From Carcharhinus amblyrhynchos (lineage: Eukaryota): 64,000 bases of DNA. The stretch lies in the NCBI GenBank assembly GCA_965287045.1, contig OZ336871.1, positions 53,754,001 through 53,818,000 on the forward strand. Direction: 5' to 3'. The position numbers and the translations under genes are program-made. Under the pieces are notes generated by a model, which was given only the letters and a program-made list of their open reading frames with translations, made no database searches and had not been told where the DNA came from. Positions 51,301-64,000 of this stretch are shown piece after piece (the first letter of the stretch is position 1; every line of letters starts with the position of its first letter).

Positions 51301-53721
51301 TTCTCGTTGTATTATTTAGAATAAAGGCTGACGCCTTTATTTCCGTTCAGATAACATCTGTGTGAAGTTGCAAAGCCAATTTGTGGGCACGCAATGTGCA
51401 ATGACGACAACGTGTTCAAAGTGCTTTCATCATTTTCGAGTGTAATTGCCGTATAACAGATAATTTGGCAAAGGCTTAAAATAAAACATAAAATCAGACT
51501 AACCAAATCTTGGCGACATCTGCAAGAGAACTTTCAAAACTGATCGAGCCGGTCCCGTGGCCACACTCAAAGGTTTAAATTTCAGGAAAGTCATGACTGA
51601 CGGCAATCTCAAATACCAAACCTTATGTTGACTGTTCCTTGTTTACGAAAGATTGAAACACGTTTTAGTTCATCCGCATCAGTTGGAAATTAAATCCTTC
51701 ATGTAAAACTGTGCAAATGAACCGCATGCACGGGCTTATAGAAGATAATCTCTAATTTAATATTAAAGAATGAAAGTACAATTTTTCTGTGGCTTCTGTT
51801 TTATTTTAAGTCTATCGGTCGTATTAGCCATGGCAAAGCTTTTGCGAGCAACAAGAAAACAAAAAAAAACTTTTCTGGAGATGTAAGCAGAATGATTTTG
51901 AACTAAACATTTTAAACTTTGAGCATTAGATGTCCGGAAAGACGGAGGAAATGTATGCACCTACACATAATCGACGTATATTTGAATTGAGAAAGGCTAT
52001 TCTTTCAATAATGACGTCCAAATAAAATGCAATACGCAATTACACAGAAATGTAATATTTAAAGAAATGTTTCCCACTTCTTGCCAAAATGAATCGTATG
52101 TCTACATCCTGCAAAATGAAAGCAAGCAAAGTCGTGAAGCTAAAAGGCTGAACTGAATTGCATTTTATAGAGGGCCTGGCTAATAGCAGCAGTGGTGCTT
52201 TGAATAGCACAAACTTGACTGTGCTTTAGCTTTGAGAATCTTTAAACTATGCCAGAGGTAGTTTTCAGGCGGTGCAGTCATATCGGGATAGTATCACGGT
52301 TCGAGTGTACAACAGCGGACATTTTTCAGACGATATTATTTTGTATTGCTGAAGAAAAAAAATCAAGTTATTTGTTTTTTTAAAACTCCGTCTGCTTCTA
52401 CAACAGAAGTTACACTGAAAGAACAAATAAAGGGAATGGTGTAATTTAATATTGTGTATGAGATTTCATACATTTCATTTGAATCAAATGCTTGTTGGTT
52501 ATTTCATTAAAAAAATAAACGGTTACACGGAGGCATGGAAAATTGTACTGAATTGCATTTCCTATTTTAAAAAGCCTTGCATTCTCTCAGTTAATCCGTT
52601 GCGTTAAGTCTACCATGATAAGGTTAACATGTATATCTCGTGTGAAATTAATTTGATGCTGCATCTGCAAAATGGCACAAAATCTATCCTATTGCAATGT
52701 CTATGTTGTGCAATCATTTGGATTCAGAAATTTAAAATGGTGCAATTCCAATTGGGTCGCGCAACTCAAATAACTAGACCAACAGAATAAAGTGCCATGG
52801 TGTTTGTTTACTTGCTTTGCTTAGATTAAAGCTTCTGTTTGTCTCCTCTAAACGGCCAATATAATGGGACAAGTCTGCTTTCTGTGTTTAGTCTAGTTTC
52901 CTGCAGAGGCAGGAGCCGCCGACCGAGCAGCGTTTCCACTACATTCCGCCGAGGTCGCTGTTTCGAAGAACAACACAAATTTACGCGCCTAGGCGCCATG
53001 CAATGATCATAACCGAGGCCTTGTGCTTTCAAGTAATTTCTTTGTCTTGCACATGGTAGAATACATAGGTTTAAAACGTGTCCCCTAAATCACTTGGCGC
53101 CGTCCGTTTTTATTTCGATTTTCATCGGGAATTATAAGATCAGCTACATACAAAATGCACCAAGAAGCATGTTCCGTTTAGTCGATGTTAGCATAATAAT
53201 GAAATATTTATCACTAACAAAGAGCGCAATCTGCAATGCATGGATTACACTGCCGGGTAGATCAAATTGCAATTATTTTCAGTAAAATTGTACTGACCTA
53301 CATCAATGTTTTCAAATCATAATTCAGCAGCACAGATATACTGCAAGGAAATCTGAAAATGATCATATTTAATTTAAACGTGAACTTGATCGTTCTTCGA
53401 GATGAAAATGAGCAAATCTAATGTGAAATATTACATTTATAAAATCCCAATCTGAACGTTAACAACGCATTCTCCAGTGTTTGCTCGCAGAGTATAGAAG
53501 GCACACTGCTCTTCAAATAAAATTACAAAGTTGTATTAATTAAAAAAAAGACTTGTCTATGAAACAATGGTTATTTTCTTTTATAAAACATTGCTATTCT
53601 TGTCACAAAACATGGCACTTTTTGTTGGCGATATGAAACCAAAGCATTTTACTTATTCGTGGTTATTGAGTAACTGCGGTTTTTTTCCAAACCAGCGACA
53701 GAACTCACTGGCGAAGACGAT

Positions 53722-53805
53722 AACTGCAGTAATTCAGGCAGTTTCGTGTTGTAGAGATAGACTTGAGCCCCAACAACATGAAACTACCTAAATCACACAT
53801 CAGTT
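53722..53805 (-). ncRNA. MIR196B: mir-196 precursor hairpin (HoxA-linked, mir-196b position); mature 5p at 53769-53790
   Basis: The minus strand reads TAGGTAGTTTCATGTTGTTGGG, an exact miR-196 mature sequence, with a complementary 3p arm CTACAACACGAAACTGCCTGA. It lies between Hox9 and Hox10. Confidence 0.97.
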
Positions 53806-54442
53806 CTATCTCAGCTCTTTAGTTTCCTATCACTGTACATACATAAGGATGATTCAACAAGCTTACTCAAATAGAAAAAAAAGTCACATTATGATGCTTC
53901 TCGTCACAACCTCGCATTGCAATTTACCAAACACGAAAGGCACTCCTTCATCGTGCAATATTGTGGGTCCCTGAAATAATCTCCCAAGTATTTCAGCTTT
54001 GCTTCCGCGTTCCAGGCCGGATTTGTATTCAAATGAATAGATTTAATTGCAAATTCAGCACGAGAATAATTGTTAGCTCCCCACTAAATATGGCGGGTTC
54101 TTTATTATCTCTGTGCAGGATTTGACGCGATCTGAATGCATGTCATTCACTCCAGTGATGATAAGCCACAGCAACTTGTCTGCACTGCAATAATCACGAG
54201 TTCAAGGTTTGTCTGAAGAAAAGAGCTGGTCAGATGACATAGCCTGCAGAGATAGATTTTCTTTTTCTCTTCTTCCCCGCCACAAGCAAAAAACAAAATA
54301 GTAACTTTCACTTCTAATTGCGAACAGCACTATTGGCATTTCAAAATATACTAGATGCAAGGTCGCCAGAAAGAATCTCTTACCTATTAGTTCCAAATAT
54401 AAGATAATAGGCCTTAGCATTCGTTCCTCTTACAGACCTTAC

Positions 54443-54750
54443 CTTCATCGTAAATGTCTCCAAAGGTCTTATCTGCTGCTTTTTTCGATTCCTCACACTC
54501 TTCTGATTTTAACCGATTAAAGGATCTGAAGTGTATTGTGTTCAAAGCAAATCAATTTCCTACATCCGAGCTGAGCTCTGCTTCCTCTGTCTTCGTGGCT
54601 GTTCGCTCAACTGAAACCACTCGTCCAAGACAGCAACAACCCAGATATACTAGCAAGTCATAAAACTCAACAAAAGCCGACAAACGTTACAGCACCATTG
54701 CTATATAGCCCAGACAAATTACGACCGTCTAGGTAATATTTAAATAGATT
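54443..54750 (-). promoter_or_regulatory. Candidate pri-mir-196 promoter and first exon
   Basis: TATATA at 54702-54707 flanked by GTCGTAA and TTTTATGA sites, followed by the donor AAG|GTAAGG at 54442, upstream of the mir-196 hairpin. Confidence 0.55.
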
Positions 54751-54893
54751 GCAACGGTAATTGCCAGCCTTTAAACCCACCATTCTTGCTGAAAGCTTCC
54801 TCAACAGATAAGGTAAGGAAAAAGAAATTGAACACAAAATGAAGTAAAAACAATATACATATACCTATCTCAAAGGACTCCGACCAAATACAT

Positions 54894-54899
54894 TTTATT
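54894..54899 (-). terminator. Probable HoxA10 polyadenylation signal
   Basis: AATAAA about 710 nt past the stop, followed by a GT/T-rich tract. Confidence 0.5.
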
Positions 54900-55605
54900 C
54901 ATCTTTCATGAAAACACAAGTTTTGTTTACGTACACAGTGCAGCAGCAATAGGATTGAGCATAATTTGAGTCCTCATGGAGAGTATTTCATCTTTGCAAA
55001 CCCAAATGAATCAATTCTATTTGTTTGTTTTCTTATTTTTCTAAAAGTGAATCGACGACGGTGAATAAAAGGTCCGACATTCTACTCTTCAGCCTTTGCA
55101 ATAATATTTCACATTTACATGTGTTCTGATGTTCCTGTTCATGGTTTGTGATATCTTTATGCAACAACACACTTTACAGCATATTCACATTTAACTTCTA
55201 TTAACATGTCAGTATACGGTAGTTACTTATTTTGGAATTATTTTAACAGCATGGGTCATCTGTATTTAAACATTACAAAGTTTGATTTACTTAGCTGATA
55301 ATTGGTAATTAGCGCAATTAAAAGATTGTTGTCAAGTCCCCCCTCACCCCCACAGTTGGTTGAAAAATCATCATACAGGGCGATAACTTCTGTGCATGCC
55401 TTGCTTATCAATGGCAACACTTATTATTATAGTTACAGAAACAGACTCTCGCCACAAATAAAAACAAAACACATAAATCGTAAATATCTACAACCAGCGC
55501 ACGGCTGAGAAGTCAGAGGTAAGTGGAAAAGTTTTTAGTCTTTTAATAACAATAGCACAGCTTCCCGATGTCCCGTTAAAATCCTTAAACCAGTTTTTGT
55601 GCTCA

Positions 55606-55880
55606 TCATGAGAAGCTGAAGTTAGCTGTAAGCTCCCGAATCCTGTTCTCACGATTCATTTTCTTGAGTTTCATCCTGCGATTTTGAAACCAGATTTTGA
55701 CCTGTCTGTCAGTCAGGTGGACACTGCGGCTAATCTCTAGGCGACGCTCTCGAGTCAGGTACATGTTGAAGAGAAACTCTTTCTCCAGTTCCAGGGTCTG
55801 ATGTTTGGTGTAAGGGCATCGTTTTTTTCTGCCACTCTTTGCAGTCAGCCAGTTCGCCCCGTTTTCAGCTTTCACCTCCC
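55606..55880 (-). CDS. HOXA10: HoxA10 exon 2 (homeobox)
   Basis: Encodes [83 protein letters not shown]. Acceptor TTAG| at 55881-55882; the spliced ORF is 344 aa. Confidence 0.95.
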
Positions 55881-55902
55881 CTAATAAGTGAAGGGTGAGA
55901 AT

Positions 55903-55985
55903 GAGAGAGAGAGAGAGAAAACAAGAAACCCAACAGAAAGATAAATAGAGGTATTCGAGATAGAAGATGAAGAGAGAGAGAGAGA
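55903..55985. repeat. Two (GA)n tracts at the 3' end of the HoxA10 intron
   Basis: GA runs near 55903-55918 and 55971-55985, read as CT-rich polypyrimidine on the transcript strand. Confidence 0.8.
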
Positions 55986-57448
55986 AGAAAGTTTATCATG
56001 TTTTGCAATATAATTTCAATATAAGCCTACATGTGATTACTATACTGCACCCATCACGCTAAAGTGTCACTAAAACTAAACGTTTTAAGATGCGTTATGA
56101 GGGACTTAAATGTTACATCTCCCAATTTTCAACGTTCTGTTTGGATTCTATCCTACTGCATTTTAGTTAGTATTGTACAGCTTCGTTATTTGTCAGCACG
56201 CTTTATGCATATTCACATGGACCGCAAAAGATAACACATTAATTATTTTAGAGCTCAAACGGGTCTGTAAAAGGTAGTGTGAAAGTGAGTTTCAACTGCA
56301 TTTAAACTGAAGACAAAATCAGTTTGCAAACTCTATTTTGACGCTAAAAGGTTTCTTTGAAATGATTACTAAGCTTGTTGCATACTTGAAGTTGATACTG
56401 TCTGGTTTCATTTTTATTCTACAAGAATCTCGTTCATTTTCTTTTTTAAAGTGGCTTAATAATTAGTTATCCACTGATGGGGCTGATTTACTGAAATTAT
56501 CGGTAAAATTCAATATTTTGCTAAGCTCCAGGAGGCATTGTCTGAGATGTCTGCCTTTGTAGGGTTATTTCTAATTTGCTTTCTGCCCGCTTTCTCTCCA
56601 CGTTCAAAATCTGCGTTTATCTATTGCTTTAGTCTAAGTAAGTGAAACAAAGTTTTGCGTTTACGTGAAGAATTCAAATGCAACAGTTTGGAGTGTTTTC
56701 CCCATCGCTGGAATGTATTAAACCCTTTCCAAGACCTCATTGTTTCATCTTATTTGAAATGACTTTATAAAATGGTTCCTGCGCAAGTTCGTTAAAGTTA
56801 AGAGTAAAATTGTCCCCAAAATGCCAATCTTTCTGCGGCGACACCTCCACCTGGAATTCAGACAATGTCAAATCTAACTAACGACTAAAACATATTTATA
56901 AGTTCAGATGTGTTTTTTTTCAGAAAAAAACTAAGACGGATTATAGGTCTGCACTGGGAAGATAGTAACAAACATCAGATAGTACAAGATGAGAGTCTCA
57001 GCTTTTCCTACTTTGGGAAAACTTTTCTCTTTTTGTATGTTTTTTTCTCAAAAAGAGCGCTGGAACATAAAACATCACTGGATCCCTTTGAGTATTATTT
57101 ATTGGCTGTGCTGTGTTTACTTTGGACCCTGTGTGCAAATATGTCCTTCTATGCGGTCCGCTTAAATAACTGCAGAAAGGATTCGTGGTTTGTAACTTAT
57201 CTGACAAGTTTAGAATGTAGCTACAATTGACTCCGGAGCGTGGGCCCGTGCTATAAACTATAGTAGGCATTAATTTTTACAGCATAGCTCACGCCCAAAA
57301 ATTAAAAGTTCACAAGGTCAGAATAAAACCCCCTTTGTTACGCTTGTTGGCTGTACCTGCCACGTCTACCCGTTTCTGAGTGCTGGCTGTATAAATTCCA
57401 CTCCCCCCCCCACCCCCCCACCCGCAACCCTGCCTCTTATTTACCTAC

Positions 57449-58208
57449 CTTTTGTTTCTTTCTCAGGAGAGTTTTTACTGCTTTCTGAAGGGACTGGAGA
57501 TGACTCTTCGTTGGCGGAAGAAGCCGGAGCTTCTGCTTCTTCTCTTTCCGAACTGCAGGTTAAATGACCGGGGGATGTCCCCTCACTTCCTTTCCTCCCC
57601 AACTCAGTCGGGGTCGAAGCTGAAGAAGGGGGTGTTCCAAAACGGATCTGGGACTGGGGCACGAATGGAGAGGCCCCAACCTGCCCCGTGTTGTTATAAA
57701 GTGTCTGTTTGGATGTCGGATAGGCTTGGGACAGACGGAAATAGCCAGGGACAGGAACCCCGCCGCTAGTAGTCGTGTCACTATTGGAGCACGAATCTGA
57801 TGTTAGCCTTGGGAACGTGGAAAGATCTGTTGCTGTTGCGCTTTTGGGACATTTCTCAGAATCATATAAACAGTATGCATTCTCTTCTTTGATATTCTGG
57901 GGGAAGGAACAGGCTGCTACTTGCTGGGTTGCAGGTTGCTCCATGCGACAGGACCTTGGGGGTTCTGACCAGACTTCCATCCCGCTCATGTAAGGATGAG
58001 AAGTCAGGACCATACTCTGAGAGTTGTTCTCGCTGCGTTTGCTCAGAGATGGGAAAAGTCCACAGTTCTGGGTGCCGTAAGGGAGCTCAGAGGCAGGCGG
58101 CAGGTACACGCTGCTGTTGGGGTAATAGGTTCCTTCCCCGCCACGGCCCACGCTGATCAGAGAATCTACTAAAAAGGAGTTTGCAGACGGGCTGTCTGAG
58201 CATGACAT
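57449..58208 (-). CDS. HOXA10: HoxA10 exon 1
   Basis: Encodes MSCSDSPSANSFLVDSLIS...SCRME...NIKEE...VPVPGYFRLSQAY. In-frame donor G|GTAGGT at 57448. Confidence 0.94.
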
Positions 58209-61200
58209 TGTTGTGGGGTAATTTGGCGAAAGCAGAAGATATCCAGTTCAGGCTGACATTTCTTGTGCAAACACGCTGAATATGATTAGAGATACCTCCG
58301 CAGCACGACAGGCGGGATGAGCCAATCGAATGGCACAGTTGGACACAAGCCCCTCCTCCATGGAGGGCTGCGTCACTACAACTGCAATAAGGTCACCATA
58401 TGTAATCGGTAAACTGCAAAAGCGTCTAAATGCATCTTTATTTACTCGGTTCTACTTTATTAGAATCACGTCCTTCAAATAAAATAAAAGCGGGGCTCCA
58501 ATGTGTAACAGGCTATCACCAGAACTTTCAGCAAGACTTAACGCGGCGTTACTGAGTCATAGTAGCAATCCGTTTATTATTTTAAATTATTCACAGATGA
58601 AGTTGGTAAAAAAAGGAAAGTTTCAGCCCAACATTAGGCAATTATAATCACACACTAAGATTCCCTGGCGGCTACAGGCGAGAAAACATGAGTAATCTTG
58701 ACTTTCACGGGTCTGCCTGTGATTAGTTTGCCGGTTGCTGCTACATTTCCACAGTGATCACTATAATTGTGATCCACGCTGGGGCTTTGCTGATTGTTAC
58801 TTCCAGTACTATTCTGTGACGCATGGTCGGAACTTACAGCCGCTAGATTGCATTTCTGGTTTGATGTTTGTAGTCTAAAGTTTAGTAGGTTAATGCAACG
58901 TGCTGTAGCTCTGTAGGTTAAGTGTAGAAGGTCAGTGACAACAAACTAATAAAGTAACATAACCCATTTATTATCTTTCCTCTTCTATTTCGCCAGCATT
59001 GCATATTAGAAGTTGATTGAACCTTGACCATTTCTGATATTTCATACTTGCCATTTCAAGAAATCGAAACATTTCTTTCAAAATGTTTCAACCATGTGTT
59101 CTTCCGCTGGTTGGGCTACAGTAGACAGCATTTAACACATCTATAAAATCGATCTAATCATTTCGTCTCAAAAAGGGGAAACAACATTGTTAAACAGAAT
59201 TTTACAAGGCGCTCAACAACAAACCGGTCAAATTTGAAATAAGGCGCCGAACAGAAGCTTCATCCAGAGTTTCTTTCGCCACCCTATCCGAAAGGTAACT
59301 TTAGAAAATAAAGTCAGAAAATAAAACTGCAATTACCCTGACTGTTTCAGCAGGGAAGAGGGATCTTCGGTTTGTGAATCTTTTTTTTCGGAACGAGGTA
59401 GGGTTCAGAGACAAATATAGACAAAGTGACACTTTTATGCCTATTACTGGTGCCGGTAGAAGTTGCGATAAAAAAATTAAGGAGTATGCTAGCTCACCAC
59501 CACATCCCCAAAAAGTAACATTTTGACTAAAGGAAACGTGTATGTTTATTAATGTATGCGCATAGTTTTTTCTTCGAATTAATGATTTTGTGGCATTTAT
59601 GTACAATGTGACATATATCAATGCGGTTCCGAACAGGCGACTTGTTAGTTGTATTTTGTTCGGCCACCTCTGCAATCAAGTGCAGCCAATAATGACGCCC
59701 GGAGAAGTAGCCTTTAGGTTGGGATCGGGAGTAAACAGTGTGATTTCACAGTGACAAAGGACTTAATCTTCAGTCTCTGGCGTTGCTGCGTTTTACTGCG
59801 AGGTCATTTTAAAGCGCCCTCGAATTCCGCCCCCCCCCACCCCGCCCCCCCAAAATCAGCAAGCCTCATCTCTACACTACTATCCCCATTGTTGTTATTT
59901 TAACTCCTGGCGCTGGATTGAAGCTCAGAAAATGTTGCTAATCTAAAGCAGGTTATTGAAAATATCGTTTGTGGTAAAGTCAGCGGGATATGAAGGCCGG
60001 CTTTGCACGCAGCGTGTTTGCTAAGGGGCCGCCTCAGAGGATTCCTTATTCTTGCATGTTTTTTTAGCAACTGCTTAGAATTATCAGGGTCGTCTAGAAA
60101 CCCTATAAAAAAAACTTTATCAAAAAAAAAGAAAATTTCCCTTTTGCAGTCCCACTGTGCCTATGACACGTATGATCATGGGAGCATACGGAGATTTAAT
60201 GGGAGGGAAATAACAATTGTCATCTATACCAGAGTCTCATATATAAAGACTCAAGCTACTGTACAATGCTAACTAGCAGCGCGTTTATGTGTTGAAGGCA
60301 GGCTATTTATCTGGGTTCTGATGGTAAATATATCATTGATTCCATGTTTGGGTAATTTTATTCGTGTACTTTTTTGGTAGTGTTGGGCTTAAATGTTTAT
60401 AACCCAATTTCCCAGTAAAACTGTAATGTGGATAGTAGATTGGTTGCTGCAGTTTCTAAGGGCACTCTTGCCCTTTCCGAACTTTATTGGTAGGAACGGG
60501 GCGAGGGCCGTGTGACTCCTGTATACATTAAAAAGCCACGCTCTGGGAAGTAATTGAAGTAGGAAGCATTTGCTGGCGAAAAGTTTCTTTCCTAATTTCT
60601 AATGTGCCGTAAGTTCTAATTACGACATTGCTAGCAGTCAAGAAATATGATTAACTCCACCAAGGAAGGGTAGGGGCAGAAAAATCGCTTGATCATGTAA
60701 CATCACAAAATACATATATAAGAAAAAGCTTTATAGATCCCGCTTAAACCCGCATGTTATACATTTATTTTAGCGTTTAACATATTCCCCTTGACATAAG
60801 AAAGAACAACGAAGACAATTTTCTCATCTCCAAACTCTATTGATCGTGGTTATTACATGATTTCTCCATTTCTCCTTCAGCGCTTCAGCAATAAACAAAC
60901 GTCTTGAAACATTGCATTGAACGAGGTAGAAGACATGTTGTCCTGCCAGCGGTGAAAGAGCGAAGATAGAAATCAGTGGAGTGAGCGGCGGTTCTCTGGT
61001 AAATAAGTGATTTCAAAGCCTGAACAGAGCAGGCTGACCGCACTCAGAACTCGAGCTCGTTCTTAGCCTAGATCGTGAACTTAAGACTGAAAGTCAGACA
61101 GAATGTGTCTTTCACTGTGCTTTCCTAAATAAAGATCCAAAGAGAAGTCTCATTTATCCATCTTTTTCCGCTCGGAGTGAGTTTACTTGCAATTATTTGC

Positions 61201-64000
61201 CTCTGATTTCATTAACAAAATGTATGAAACACTTCGTGAAGTTTTTTTTAAATCGCCCCACTCTTCAAGTGTACGCGCCATTGTATGTGCGCAGCGAGTT
61301 CTTTTCAGTCTAGCAACTAGAGCTAGTACTTGCCATTGAGGACTTTTTTTTAACATATATGCCCTTTTGCTTTTAAAATATATAATTATTCATGATTCGC
61401 TAGCTGGTTCGAAGAGAAATAAGTGTTTTGTGCGTCAAAAATAAATCTGAAAACAATGGCGCCCTTTTTACTTGCTATATATTAAAAGAGTTTACAGTCA
61501 TCTGAGACCCATGTACAGTTTGGCTATCACAATGGTTTTGCAGATGGACCTTTTTAAAAAGTAAACTTTATGAATGTGTGCAAATTATTTTTGGATAAAA
61601 GCACTGAAGACTGACAACCCCACGGTATTAGTGTTTCTTTTTTTTACATTTAAAGTTTAGAACACAAAGTACATTAAAAAAGGAGCAAAAAGACCTGGAT
61701 TTAATTTTTAAACGTTTCCCAATGGGAACCTTATACAGAGTTTCTTCTTGAAGCACAATCTAAAGGACACAGATCGCAGTCAAGAGCGTTAAAGTCAAAA
61801 GGCAAACAACTTGTCCATGGTGGAATCGCTTCAAGCTTCCTTTATCTCAAATCTATCATTCTAAATAATTTGTTAAATTGTCGCAACCGCACTCAACTGC
61901 AGGGAAAACGATGAATAGTTTTGAAGGTACTTACTGCTCAGACTAAACAAAAGATGGTTTAAAACTGAGAGAAGCAAACAGTGTTGCTTAAACAATTTTT
62001 TAACAGATGCATTCAACAGAAAGAAACGGGAATCGAATCAGTAAGCAGGGCGAAAAACTTCTACCGTTCACAGCAAGACCGATTAGAACATAAAGTACAA
62101 CAGAAATGGGCACATGACTGTTTAACACGCGTTGGTATGATAATATTAATCCCAGTAAATAATAAAACATATTTGCTTAAACAAATCAGTGGAAATGTCT
62201 GGAGTAAAGTATGAATGCATTCATTTGTTTTATCTTAAGCGATTTCCGTTCAGCAATTTTACTTTTTCTACAATTATCTACTAGGAAACCACTTATGCAA
62301 TGAAAACAAAGGGATAGCGATGGAAGTTTGTGATTCGAAATGAATCCACCGAGTCCGAATATGAACAATGCATAACATTTCGCAAGGTAAACGTTCTAAA
62401 TGTGAAGTTGATGGTTTACGCTCCTGGTGAAAACTGGAACCATTTACACATTTTATATATCAGCAACAGTTTTTGTCACTCAAAGCTATTCAATTAAAAA
62501 CTTTTCCAGCAATTCAAAGTAACGTTCCGATGGAAATAGGGTGTGTGTTGGGGGGGGGAACCTTGTTGTCAGGGTTTAAAATCTATTATCTAGGCTGAAT
62601 AGAGTGAATTGTTTCCTGTGCAGTATTATGAATGACACGTTGATACCGGTTTCCCTTTTAAAAAAGAAGTCTTTCAATGATTCAAACGCTAATTTCCCTT
62701 CAAAGAATACAGGTGAAAAATGTTCACATTTGCAGAAACCATGCATAAAAAACACATGAACATAAAGACAGAAAAGCGCCGACACGCTCAGATATACCCT
62801 TCCATGTCGCTTTAGAATTAAAGAGGTTTTGATTGGATTTTGTTGAAATACGGAGCGGTTTATTTGGGAAGATAACTTGATGTTAATTTATATAATTTAT
62901 AATCAGATTCACGAATTCTGATTTTATTTGGCGTTATTCTATGTAAATTGGTGCACAGCGTTATTGAAATCCGCTGACTGAATTGTCCATTGGGTTTATT
63001 CCACCCCCCCCCCCCCCAAGCTAACACCCCCAAAGTACTGCGATTCAGTCACTTAGGCCACGGTGAAGGTGACGCAGCGGGGGTCAGGTCACAAACCAAA
63101 AGAATGCCCATGTTATGTGCCACATCGAAAATAAAGTCTCGGCGTAAAATATACAATTACAACAAATTTCTCACATTAGTCTCCTGTGTAGAGCTGCACT
63201 GATTGGAACGCTTTCATTCAATAGTTTGATACCTCAGAACAAAGAAGGATTTGTGGTATCAATGCTCAATCTAAAATCGCTCAATAACATAACGGAATGA
63301 CTAATGTCTTACAACAAAATGCAGCGTAACGTCTTCAAATATGAAGTGTGCACATGCTATTTCTGTTTAATATATAGTTTCAATGATCCAGAATAAAGTA
63401 AACGTTAACCTTTCACTATTACATTTCCTTCTTCTAAACAAAGGACCTACTGTAACCAGGCCTATCTTTTTTTGGCAATTCAGTGCTATGGAAACAAGGC
63501 TGTTCTTTAGCGAAATATTTGTTAACGCACATTATTATTTCTCTTGCGGAGCTCAGTTGTTACACTGCGAAAGTTTGCATGCAAAGTAACGGGTTAGGGC
63601 GCTAACCCGAAAATGCCCTTGAATATGAATGATTATAAAATTTAACAAGCTGCCCAAAATGAAAAGCGGTTGCCGTGCGTTTTTTCTGAAATCGCAAAAG
63701 AAGAAATTGCTAATCTAAAAAAAATCGATGAATGTGCAATTAACTTTGAGATGTCTAGACGGTTCTATTTTCCGAACAGTTAAATTGAAGCTCACAGCGG
63801 CAGGTCGGGGCTAATGTTTGTTCTTTGGTTCCTCTTACTGTTTCTTATTCATTCTTCACAGTTGCAAAGTGTTGGCAATCTCACGTGTAAAATCATCACT
63901 GTTTCTCCGGTTTTTTGGGGGGATTTGAGAAACCCCTGACCTACTTAACGAACTGTTTAATACTTGCATACATTTTAGATGTTTCTATTTTGGCAATTGT

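Noticed and set aside
63590-63609. 8-bp inverted repeat CGGGTTAG-GGCG-CTAACCCG
   Set aside because: It is short and isolated with no supporting context; the single GGGTTAGGG is not a telomeric array.

Overview
Eukaryotic, AT-rich vertebrate DNA covering the central part of a HoxA cluster, with all genes on the minus strand: HoxA4, HoxA5, HoxA6, HoxA7, HoxA9 and HoxA10. Each has two coding exons; I resolved the phase-1 GT-AG introns between the hexapeptide or N-terminal exon and the homeobox exon. There is no intact paralog-8 gene, which fits HoxA, and a mir-196 hairpin lies between A9 and A10. The protein sequences and the retention of both A6 and A7 point to a cartilaginous fish (shark, skate or ray); this is inference and the species cannot be named. 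The first 12 kb is the HoxA3 upstream region and the last 6 kb is the A10-A11 interval. No transposon or prokaryotic system is recognisable, and most short ORFs in the track are noise. The best leads are: (1) a possible decayed Hox8-type homeobox between A7 and A9; (2) a chain of non-coding exons that could form a cluster-spanning HoxA3 leader; (3) a HoxA10 N-terminal extension broken by an in-frame TGA, plus uORFs in the other Hox leaders; (4) a mir-10-like 12-mer at the expected 4/5 position; (5) an altered HoxA9T cryptic intron; and (6) a 13-bp perfect hairpin in the A6/A7 distal exon. Comparisons with human and mouse sequences are from memory and need alignment to confirm.
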